Part shown: one piece after another, positions 42,394-53,565 of the stretch | How positions within the stretch are numbered: position 1 is the first letter of the stretch | How the letters are laid out: the number at the start of each line of letters is the position of its first letter | Source: Octopus sinensis | Lineage: Eukaryota | Assembly: GCF_006345805.1 (NCBI RefSeq) | Contig: NC_042999.1 | Location: 129,022,001 to 129,086,000, forward strand | DNA: 64,000 bases | Direction of reading: 5' to 3' | Notes under the pieces: generated by a model | Database searches by the model: none | What the model was told of the DNA's origin: nothing | What the model saw: the letters and a program-made list of their open reading frames with translations, nothing else | Made by a program: the position numbers and the translations under genes

Positions 42394-42613
42394 CCCTTTC
42401 GTTACTGAATTAATTTTGAGATGCTCTGTGTTTCTTTTAATTACTTTAAATATAACAAAGAATTTAATAAAATAACTTGGTTATCATTCAGCTAGTGTTA
42501 GGAACATAAATTGTGACAAAGGTTTGGTAGAAGATTTTAATTCAAAGTTTATGAAAACAAGACATTTGTACTCAAAGCCAGAGCCAGTTTCAGCCGGGTT
42601 GGTAACGAAAGGG
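42394..42613. mobile_element. piggyBac-like MITE, 220 bp, perfect 12-bp TIR, TTAA TSD, nested in a SINE
   Basis: TTAA(42390-42393) CCCTTTCGTTAC ... GTAACGAAAGGG TTAA(42614-42617). Confidence 0.92.
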
Positions 42614-42639
42614 TTAAACAGAATTTATTGAGGCAGGTT

Positions 42640-42780
42640 TTGTCATGTGATATGTATGGATGAAGACAGCTGTGTAAGGAAGTGCTGATCATTCAACAAG
42701 AATGAAACTAGTGGAAAAAGGAGACCCAGAAAAACATGGAATGATGTAGTGGAGGCTGATCTCAAGATGGTATGCCTGCT
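42640..42780 (+). mobile_element. RTE LINE C-terminal remnant
   Basis: Translates CHVICMDEDSCVRKC*...SGKRRPRKTWNDVVEADLK, the same family as 53027-53269. Confidence 0.7.
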
Positions 42781-43259
42781 CCAAGACCATGTCCATATCT
42801 AGCAGGTCTCCTCTGGCAGTTCCCAACCAATTTACTCTGCTTAAAAAAAATTCTTTGACAAAAACGAAAAAAAAACAGTATTGTGTTTATGTTGTGTCAC
42901 TTTATCACCCATATGTTAGCTGTTTGATAGAGATCCAAATATAAATATCAGGTTAGATAAAATATTAAAATCAATGTAATCAATTAAATCCTTATAAGTG
43001 GTGCCCCTAACATAGCTGCAGTCTAATGACTAAAACCAATAAAAGAATATATTTTCTCCCCATAAGAAAAATTTAATTTCGTAAAATATTGAATTTAACT
43101 TAATTTGTCTCTAGTTACGTCTGCCTCCACTTGGTCTAGAAGAGATCATCTCCTCTATAATAGTTAACGACCAGGGGTACACCAAATCTTTTATTATTTA
43201 AGTGTTTCAGTCACTGGACTGCAGCCATGCTGGGGCATCACACTGAAGCTTTAGTCGAA

Positions 43260-43594
43260 TGGCCCTAAATGTGAAATGGCAGCAACATATGACAAATGAA
43301 TGCCTTTATGGAGACCAGTCAAAAGTTAGCAAGAAGATCAGGCAAAGACGGCTGCAACTATCTGGTCACTGTGTGTGCCCCACTGAACTGGAAGCATCCA
43401 AATTGGTCTCGTGGAATCCACTTCTTGGTGATGTAAGAAGAGAAAAACATCGTCATGCTTACATTGACAACTTGATTGCAGACATTGGCCTGGAATGTAT
43501 CCAGGACCTGAAAATAGTGATGTTGGACCAAGAAGTGTAGAAGGCAGACTTTGTTGCAGTGACCCAGATTGGAACCCAGCCATAATAATAATAA
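43260..43594 (+). mobile_element. 5'-truncated RTE/RTE-X-type LINE inserted into a SINE, with (TAA)n tail and 9-bp TSD
   Basis: ORF MALNVKWQQHMTNECLYGD..KVSKKIRQRRLQLSGHCV...; TSD ttagt(c/t)gaa at 43251-43259 and 43595-43603. The host SINE reads through when the insert is removed. Confidence 0.85.
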
Positions 43595-45004
43595 TTAGTT
43601 GAACAAATCAACCCAGTACATTTGTGTGTGTGTGTGTTGTGTGTGTGTGTGTGTGGTACTTATTCTATCAGTCTCCTTTGCCAAATCGCTAAATTACAGG
43701 AACCTAAACTTGTAATAATATATTTATTCTCAGTAAGAGACTATCTTTACAAGTAAGGTAGCTATCAAGGAAACAAGTTGTTGCAGAACAGCAGATTTAC
43801 TGAGTAGTAAGGAGTAATGTTTTGTTGTTACTATTAGGTATTACTTTCTGTCTCTTTTCACTCTTTTTTTTTTACCACAATAGACTGTTTTTTTTCTTTT
43901 CTCTTTTTTTTGTAGCTAGTATTAGTGGTAGCAGCAGAGCTGACAAGATTCATTACTCAGTTGAAAACAACAAAACAACACACACACACACTCACACCTA
44001 CAACAATGTGTTCAGAAGAAAACTTAACAATTCAAAGCAATGACAACTAATGTGATTCATCTGGCAGAGGAACATGACACTCCATAGCTATTCTCTTCCA
44101 CCACCACTACCTTCAATCTCTGCCTTAGTTGCCCTTAATTAGAGAGAGAGAGAGAGAGAGAGAGCGAGTGAGAACAGAGAAAGACAGTGAGATATAAACA
44201 GATAGATAGACAAATATATAGACAAACAGGTGGACAACTGCTAATTGACACTTTAATGGGGTTTGTCTTTTCTTTTTCTTTTTAATATTTTTACAAGAAA
44301 GAATATGTGAAATGGCTTGAAATTCTATCTAATGTAACTGGGAAGTGTGATGGTTGGGAGACACACCACTCATCAAAGACAGAGGAAGAAAAAGAGGAGT
44401 GTAAAGAGAGAGAAGGAAAAGAAGAGAGATGATGAAAAGAAGAATTTAGGGAAGGGGAGATTTTTGTTTGTTTGTTATTTGTTTTTTTTTTTTAAATTAG
44501 ACATTAAGCCGAAAGGAAAGAAAGTGGGAAATTGTAATATTCATACCTTTTTCCCAAGGGCATTAGTAAGTAAAACCATTTCAAAGGATAACTGGCTAGC
44601 ATAACAGACACTTTCATCTCCTCCCTACTGTGTTTCACCTTACAGATCCCACATTAAACAATCCTTCTTCTCTGGGAAGCTTCCCTCTAGAATGCTCTCT
44701 CACCTTACATTTTCCCAGCTAATATCCTCAGATAGATGTTCAAAGTAAACAAGAATATCAACCAGATTAATCTTGTTAGTCTGGGAGAGCATGCAAAAGG
44801 TATGGTCACTGGTCCCTCCTCCTCTGACTAATATGCACACTGTTCATTGCTACCACTATCATTATCATCATTACCAGTTTAACATTCCTTCTACTATTCT
44901 GACTCCAATACAACATCATACATCTTGAACATGCATGATCAAATCAATGAGGCTTCAAACTCTCTATTCTGTTTCCTGCTAACTCAGTATACTAATTGTA
45001 GAAC

Positions 45005-45058
<54 letters not shown>

Positions 45059-45384
45059 ACATACACACACACACAACAAGCCTCTTTCCATTTCCAGCTA
45101 CCAAATCTACTCACAAGGTTTTAGTCAGCTTGAGGATATAGTAGAAGACATTTGTCCAAGGTTACATGCAGTGGGACTGAACCTGAAACCATGTGATTGG
45201 GAAGCAGGCTTCTTACCACACAGCCATGCCTGCACGCACATACACACACATATATATATAGTTATTATTATAATTATTATTAGACAATAAATTGTAAGGT
45301 ATACACCTGGTAGCTTACCGGTAAAGCACACTCAGTTTCACAGTGTTCATTGAGCATTTGATTAATGAGAGAGACGGAAGAAGA

Positions 45385-45909
45385 AAGATACGAGAATATA
45401 TATTGATCAGTAGAATTGTTTCAACTCACATAGAATTGATACCTCATGGGTGGGATACTGAACAACTGCATTGCGTATTTGTATCTATTTGCATCCGATT
45501 TTTATTGATCTTCTATAGCAATGAAGCTGTATCCCTTAATTTACTGCTTTTGAATATACATATTGAGATGTAAATTTTGTGGAACAAGTGTTATTTTAAA
45601 GAAATACATCTTGTAATCACTGGAAGAGACACATCTACACCAATGGATATTCCTAGACCAGTTGTTCAGCATCTCACCCATGAGGGATTGATGCTAGATG
45701 GGTTGAAACAATTGTAGTGATCAATAAACATTCTTGTATCTTCCATCATCTATATATATATATATTTAAGGCAAATAAGACAATGGAGAGGAGAAACAAT
45801 CAACAAACATCAGCCAGTAAACATTCAATATATCTATTTATTAAATCGATTACATATGTGTTTAAGTGATACAAGTAAATGAATGAAATCAGCCAATAAA
45901 TATGTAAAC

Positions 45910-45944
<35 letters not shown>

Positions 45945-46155
45945 TATATATATATATATAATGAATAATAATAGATGAGTGTACAGATACAGATCCCTTA
46001 CAGCTGTTTCTATCATTAGGCATCAAGATCAAGATCTTCCAAGTCATCCTCATCACGTCAGTGATATACAGTAATGAATGGACAATGATATAATTGAATG
46101 TTTACTGGCTGATGTTTGTCGATTGTTTATCCTCTCCATTTTCTTATTTGCCTTA
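45385..46155. mobile_element. Two adjacent inverted-repeat pairs beside (TA)n tracts, probably Penelope-like terminal repeats
   Basis: Pair A: 45385-45467 / 45660-45742 (core 56/67 identical). Pair B: 45767-45829 / 46093-46155 (60/63). Contain GAAAC-palindrome-GTA motifs. Confidence 0.6.
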
Positions 46156-46327
46156 TAAATCCTGGGTAAATTTCCAATTTACTCCCACCCATACCTAGTA
46201 TTCAACTGCAATATTGCCATACAATAGAAAGCACTTGGTTAAAAATACGTAGGTACACATCCAGTAGTATACTGGATATGTAATATCCCTTAGATGGTTT
46301 CTTAACCTTTAACTCATACAGACATAA

Positions 46328-46374
<47 letters not shown>

Positions 46375-46376
<2 letters not shown>

Positions 46377-47069
46377 AAACCTTCTCCTCAACTTAGGACT
46401 GAGTTCTGTTCCAACTGACAGATCATAAGTCGATCTGGTCATACGCTGAATTTATATTTTTCAACACTGTTTTCATTCAAACACAACTGATGCTTAAAAG
46501 TGACTGACTGAGAGACAGTGGCAGGCAGTGGATGCCTGGGTCTGAGGGAGACTTGTGTTACCAGATGCTGCTATAGTTATCCTACACATAGCTACCTAAT
46601 GTCTGAAAATCGATTATTTATTTATTTATTTATTTATTGTGGTCATAAGTGCAGATAGTCATTAGTCACATAGGTCATAAGTTGAGGAGGTGTGTGTGTA
46701 TGTAAATATATGTGTGTGTGTGTGTGTTCATATTATCACATGACCTCTAGTATACTTATTACTCATCTCATTTTATCGAAGTCATAATTCTTACCGAATT
46801 CGCAAAATGCATCTCCAAATGTTATTCAAATAAGCTAGATTCACTTACATTAGCTAAGATTATAAGAAGGCATCTTTTTATGGTTTTAATTTTTTGTTTC
46901 TTATTCAATAAATTCTCATAAAACTGACAGGTTAAATTGTGAATATAAACACCAATATTGAAATTATGCTTATATTAAATCTTATAGTTCGTTTGGATCC
47001 AAATTTCATGACCATTCGTGAATTATTTGATTTTTCATGCAAAGAAGATTACCCCCACCACCACCACCA

Positions 47070-47102
<33 letters not shown>

Positions 47103-47816
47103 AAACCTTCTCCTCAACTTAGGACTGAGTTCTGTTCCAACTGACAGATCATAAGTCAATCTGGTCATACGCTGAATTTATATTTTTCAACACTGTTTTC
47201 ATTCAAACACAACTGATGCTTAAAAGTGACTGACTGAGAGACAGTGGCAGGCAGTGGATGCCTGGGTCTGAGGGAGACTTGTGTTACCAGATGCTGCTAT
47301 AGTTATCCTACACATAGCTACCTAATGTCTGAAAATCGATTATTTATTTATTTATTTATTTATTGTGGTCATAAGTGCAGATAGTCATTAGTCACATAGG
47401 TCATAAGTTGAGGAGGTGTGTGTGTATGTAAATATATGTGTGTGTGTGTGTGTGTTCATATTATCACATGACCTCTAGTATACTTATTACTCATCTCATT
47501 TTATCGAAGTCATAATTCTTACCGAATTCGCAAAATGCATCTCCAAATGTTATTCAAATAAGCTAGATTCACTTACATTAGCTAAGATTATAAGAAGGCA
47601 TCTTTTTATGGTTTTAATTTTTCGTTTCTTATTCAATAAATTCTCATAAAACTGACAGGTTAAATTGTGAATATAAACACCAATATTGAAATTATGCTTA
47701 TATTAAATCTTATAGTTCGTTTGGATCCAAATTTCATGACCATTCGTGAATTATTTGATTTTTCATGCAAAGAAGATTACCCCCACCACCACCACCACCA
47801 CACACACACACACACA
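46375..47816. repeat. Near-identical 726-bp tandem duplication bounded by (CA)n
   Basis: Unit 1 is 46375-47100; unit 2 is 47101 to about 47816. Differences seen are a few SNPs (aagtcg/aagtca, ttttgttt/tttcgttt) and microsatellite lengths. Confidence 0.95.
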
Positions 47817-50656
47817 TACATACAGAACTTCAGTTGAGAAAGCTAAAACCAGAATGAGGAAACAGGAGTTTTGTCATTTTTGCTTTGAATTCTGTTTAAA
47901 TGAACTATCTACAAAAGCACCCTTCACTAATTTTCATCAATTTTTTATGAAGCAAAACATTCGTGTGTGTGTGTGTGTGCATGCACATGCTTGTGAGTGT
48001 GTACATGGATGTTTGTTTCTCATCATTTGAAAACTGATGCTAGTTTGTCTTCATCCCTGTAACTCAGCAGTTTGGTCACTCCCCACCCAAAAAAGAACAT
48101 CAATAGAATAAGTATGAGGCTAAAGAATAAGAACTAGGGTCAATTTGATCTAGTAGATCCTTCAAAGCAGTACCTCAAGGATAGCCACAGTCCAGTGACA
48201 AATAAAAGAGTATATATCCTTAAAAAAGATTAGCATTATCTTTCAAGCACAAAAAATGACAGCCCAATTTATCTCACAATGGCTATTATAATCATGTAAT
48301 GTGATTAGATATGTATTATACCAAGTGGAAAAGAAAAAAAAATGAATGAATGACCTGGTGAGGGAAGATATCTATAGTAGAAGTAGAACAAAGCAAACTT
48401 AAGAAATATCTGGATCAGTAGTATGAAGTAGTAGTTACAGCAGAAATACCAACAAAAAGACCATGTAGACCTATCCAACCTGTAACAGCATTGATGGTGG
48501 AGGGGAAAGACAATCATGGTTACATCTTTTTTTTCTCAAAATATGTAGCAAAATAATTTTCATAAATTGTGCAGGAATCACACAACAAACAATAAATTTC
48601 TTTGAAATCCTTCTAAAAATATACTGGTCACAAGAGTAATGAACATCTGTTTTTAAACAATCAGATAAATAAAATTCTAAAGAATAACAAACTATTATAG
48701 AGCTATAATGGCACTGTCATATTTCATAACCATATTTAATAAAATATATTGAAACAAATTTTTTGAAAGTGTTTTTAGTAATTTAAAAAGAGGTAGTACT
48801 CAATAACTTTTTTAAGAACTAGTTAGATAAAATGAGTTTAACATTATCTACATTAATTTTTGGACAGTTGCACAGTAATAGTTGGAATGAAAACAAATGC
48901 AAAGAGGGAAATACCATAGGGAAATGTTCTGGGAAAGAGGGGGAAAAAAGGAGAAAAGAGTTCAGTAGCTGTGAGAGCTAGGTACAACTAGGATAGCATA
49001 CAGTTAGGAAATTTAATAAATCAGAGATTGTTATAGTTAGTAGAAAAAGAAAAAAGACAGATGAACAATTGGTAAATGTCTGGTGAATATTTGCGAATGA
49101 AGACTTGCACAGTAGCGAAAATTTTGGCAGATACTATGTATGATGTTCCAGATATGTAGGCACTGGATAGGAATATATTTTAATAAAGTATAGGAAGTTT
49201 TCAGTTGTAAAGTATTTTCTAATATGCTTGTGTTTTGTTTTTTTAACTATTTGTTCTAGTACAAGAAGAATAACATATAACATTTGCATATTGCTGGATA
49301 AAGTGTTCTTATAGTATTTGTTATTACCACTGTAACTACTCAACTTTCAAGCAAGAGTAGAACTTGTTTTCCTCCAGATAGACTGAGAAAAGAGCAACAG
49401 AATGGCTGTAGTAAAAGTGTGAACAGATGACAAGTCCCTGCTTCAAAAATTTATATCAACAATTAATTAAAACCAAAAGTTTGAGGACACCTTCTTTCTC
49501 TCCTTCCTCCTGCCACTTAGTCTTGAAGGGCTTGTAAAGGTTCTTTCAGACTACCTTTCCTTCCTAACTACAAATAACAAAAAGGATAATCTAGTGTGGA
49601 TATTGATCATGAATCTTAATTTTCTTTCTTTCTTATGTTCCCATTAAAAGAAGTGATTGACTTAAAAAGAAGTTTCAGAAAAAATAGTTTACTTGGAATG
49701 TAAGAAGAGAATAAGAAAGAAAACTCAATACCGTGTTACTGGTACAATGAGTGAAAGTAAAATAACTAAGCTGGCACTCCGTATGATGGATGGCACAATA
49801 GTGAAAGTATAAAAGATGTAATAGGATCTCTGGCAGACCAACAAGTAACCAAAACTACAGGTGTGTTAAATTGACTAAATAGTTAAAAAGATGAGTTTTC
49901 ATCACATGAAGATCACACCTCACAAGAAAGTCATTACATAAATTATATATTTGATGTGGCAGGCAGATTAGGGGATAGTATAATACAGAGGGAACAATAG
50001 AACAGGAAATTCAGAAAACAACTCAGTTAGCACTAAAATATTTTTCTTTCTGTATGCAAAACAAAATAGATCAACTATTTGTAAAAGATGGCACTAAATA
50101 ATGTTGAATATGGTCCATTTGATACAATAAGGTAAATTACAAGAAATGTTGAGAGCAAATAAGAGGGCAATGAAGACAGTGGCAACAACAAAGGTTGCAT
50201 AAAAATATAATGCTAGTTGATAACACATACTAAGATGAAAAAGTTCAAGGAATTGGTGGCAAAAGGTGCAGCGGAACAAGAAAACTAAGGTACACATGAA
50301 GTAAATAGTTAGTATACACTTATAAGAGCAATTGGTGGAATGAGAAGAAACACATTATGATACATAGAAATATATCATACTGCTGATTTGGAAAAATGGA
50401 TAAAAAATATTGATGATGCTGATGAAATACAAATTCAAAGAATTATTTATAGAACTTGATAATAAATAAAGAATACATATTCAAATTCCTAAAATTCCCC
50501 AATATTAACTTCTTAGCACTGTCTACATAAATTAACTACATGTAACTAATCACTAGCTTAGTTTCTTAATTATAGGCTTCTGACTTCTTGCCATTTGACA
50601 AATAGCCACCAGTGTTTGGCCTTGCTGGGATACAAAAGGTTACAAAAAGCACTAAC

Positions 50657-50766
50657 CTTGTGACCTGAAGATCATCTCTTAGTTTAGTGTAAAATTGTTC
50701 AAGTTGTACTTCGGCCAATAATTCATAGAGCCATTCTTGACTGTCGCTGTCTTCATTCATATTCAT
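50657..50766 (-). CDS. TNK2: ACK coding exon 1: MNMNEDSDSQEWLYELLAEVQLEQFYTKLRDDLQVT(R), SAM N-half
   Basis: Acceptor ttcag (G at 50786), ATG at 50766, donor GTTAGT at 50656. 110 nt, ends in phase 2. Resembles the human ACK1 N-terminus as recalled ([26 protein letters not shown]). Confidence 0.93.
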
Positions 50767-50937
50767 ATTGTGGCTGCCACCAACACTGAAACAAATGAAA
50801 ATACAGAAATAAAGAGAATAATATTTCCACACAAGTACTGATGCACAGAATTTCATTCAACTCAATTGAATAATAATGATAATAATATATAATAATAATA
50901 CCACTCTTTTGTTTTAAAATTCATTGACAATTTAGAC

Positions 50938-51170
50938 TTTAAGTAAGCAATGCTTTTGATGAAATCAGACTAAGAACATTTTTAAAAGCCATCTCTTGAA
51001 ATATGTAATGAATTACATTAATATTTTTATTTTAAAATATTTGATGTCAAGTGATATGGTAAAAAGCATACAATCATTCCACTGAAGTGGTTTGTAAAAT
51101 ACATGACAATGTTTTGATGCTCTAACATACTGTACACCAATTTAAACTAAACATAGAATCAAAAATAATT
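50938..51170. repeat. Dispersed direct duplication, copy 1 (copy 2 at 52282-52530)
   Basis: About 230-250 bp of AT-rich sequence. Copy 2 has cataacaaataggtacc where copy 1 has a single t. Confidence 0.92.
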
Positions 51171-51978
51171 ACAATCATTCCGTGTAGAAAAGCTTTATAT
51201 ATAAGAACTTTAGCCTTTAGAGAGGTCTCGTTTTAATTTATTAACTAAAACTGTGCTATTTTAAATTTTTTTATTTTCTTACTACTGACTTCCTGTGTCA
51301 TTTGTTTATCTACTTTTAGATTTAAAATAAAGATTGAACATAAGTTATCATTCAAGACAATTCAAGATAAGTTAATGTGGCCCATATGGCTTGTTGAAAG
51401 GAAATTTATTCTGTAACATTGTGTCCAGAGTTTCAGATTTCAAACTTTTATTTTGCAGATATAATGTACACATATCTTATGCACTAATGCACTGTCTACT
51501 AGATGTAGTGTTCAAAAAGATTAAATCACTGAAGACAAAGACATGTTTATGGCCTTTTAGGCTATCCTACACAAGATAAGAAATGAATGAGGTCAGTGTT
51601 GTTAATGGTCAGTATGAAATGTTGCAAATTAGTGGATAATGTTGGTAAGGATTCCAACAGGTTAATGTTCTAGAGAAGAAAGTATGGGTAAAGTGTTTGG
51701 TATAAAGTCTATAAGGTAAGGTAGACAATGAAAGTAAGAGAAGTAGGTGTTTATGTGGGACCACATATTGAAAAGAGCAGAAGTTAAATTAAAATTAGAA
51801 GAAAAAGGCAGTCTAAGAACATGGGCTTAATGGTGGGATATTATTTGTGAATGTAGAACTGCCTATCAAAGAGATCATATTTGATTCATGACAGGTTTGG
51901 TGAAGAAAGAAGCTAAATTAAGAATATACTGTTCTAGAATAATGGCCAAAATACACACAGAGAAAAAGTATACATGCA

Positions 51979-52021
<43 letters not shown>

Positions 52022-52584
52022 TCTTTTTCTTTCTCTTCCTTCCTATCTCTCTCTCAAACACACACACACATATACACAGGGTGACTTAGTTAAAAGTTAG
52101 TTTAAAATTGGTATTAACTTTTTTCCATAATACATGGTGAAGAGAAAACACAAGCTACCAGAAATTTTTTTAAATCTTTGGTTTAGTTGAGTAAAATTTA
52201 CATTAATAAAATGGGTAAGCAGAAAGAAAAATGTTATGTTGTATTAAAAGCAAACAAATAATATTTGATTAAAAATACTGATTTAAGTAACCAATGCTTT
52301 TGATGAAATCAGACCATAACAAATAGGTACCAAGAACATTTTTAAAAGCCATCTCTTGAAATATGTAATGAATTACATTAATATTTTCATTTTAAAATAT
52401 TTGATGTCAAGTGATATGGTAAAAAGCATACAATCATTCCACTGAAGTGGTTTGTAAAATACATGACAATGTTTTGATGCTCTAACATACTGTACACCAA
52501 TTTAAACTAAACATAGAATCAAAAATAATTTTTCTTAACCACAGAAAAAAAAAAGCAACTTTACTTAATTTACAGAGAGTGGTT

Positions 52585-53565
52585 CATCATCATCATAGTT
52601 TAATGTCCGCTTTCCATGCTGGCAAAGTTGGATGGTGTGACTGAAGATTGGCTGAACCAGGCTCCAATCTGATCTGGCAAGGTTTCTACAGCTGGGTGCT
52701 TTTCCTAATGCCAACCACTCCAAGAGTGTAGTGGGTGTTTTTTATGTGCCAGTCAGGCGGTACTGGCATCGACCACACTCACATGCTGCTTTTTACGTGC
52801 CACCGGCACAGGAGCCAGTCTGGTGGGACTGGCATTAACTATGCTCAAATGGTGCATTTTACATACCACCGGCATGGGTGCCAGTCAGGCAGTACTGGCA
52901 CCTGACTCAACAGGTCTTCTTAAGCACAGCATATTGCCCGATGTCTGAAGGGTACTCTTAAATGGGCCAGTTATGTGACACTGGCACAGGCCATGGCTAT
53001 GGTCTCACTTGGCTTGCTAGGTCTTCTCAAGCACAGCGTAATCTCCAAAGGTCCTGGTCCCTGGTCATTGCCTCTGTGAGGCCCCACGTTTGAAGGTTGG
53101 GCTTCACCACCTCATCCCAGGTCTTCCTGGGTCTACCTCTTCCACAGGTTCCCTTCACTGTTAGGGTGTGACACTTTTTCACACAGTTGTCCCCATCCAT
53201 ATGTAACACATGATTATACCAGCAAAGTTGTCTCTCTTGCACACCATATCTGATGCTTCTTATGTCCAACTTACCTCTCAGGGCACTTACACTCTGTCAT
53301 GTATGCACACTGATATTATACATCCAGCAGGATATACTAGCTTCATTTCACTGCTGTGTAGCGTGGCTGTTCGCACACATGCGTCATACAGTCTACCTTT
53401 CACTCTGAGCGAGAGGCCCTTTGTTACCAGCAGAGGTAGGAGCTCTCTGAACTTTGCCCAGGCTATTCTTATTCTTGTAGCTGCACTCTCAGAGCATCCA
53501 CCTCAGCTACTGACTTGGTCACGTAGGTAACAGAAGCTATCAACTACTCCTATTTTTTCTGCACA
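52585..53565 (-). mobile_element. 5'-truncated RTE LINE (ORF2 C-terminus, 3'UTR, (GAT)n tail)
   Basis: Minus-strand translations VVDSFCYLRDQ...RIAWAKFRELLPLLVTKGLSLRVKGRLYDACVR and QERQLCWYNHVLHMDGDNCVKKCHTLTVKGTCGRGRPRKTWDEVVK are typical of RTE-clade ORF2 ends. Confidence 0.88.
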
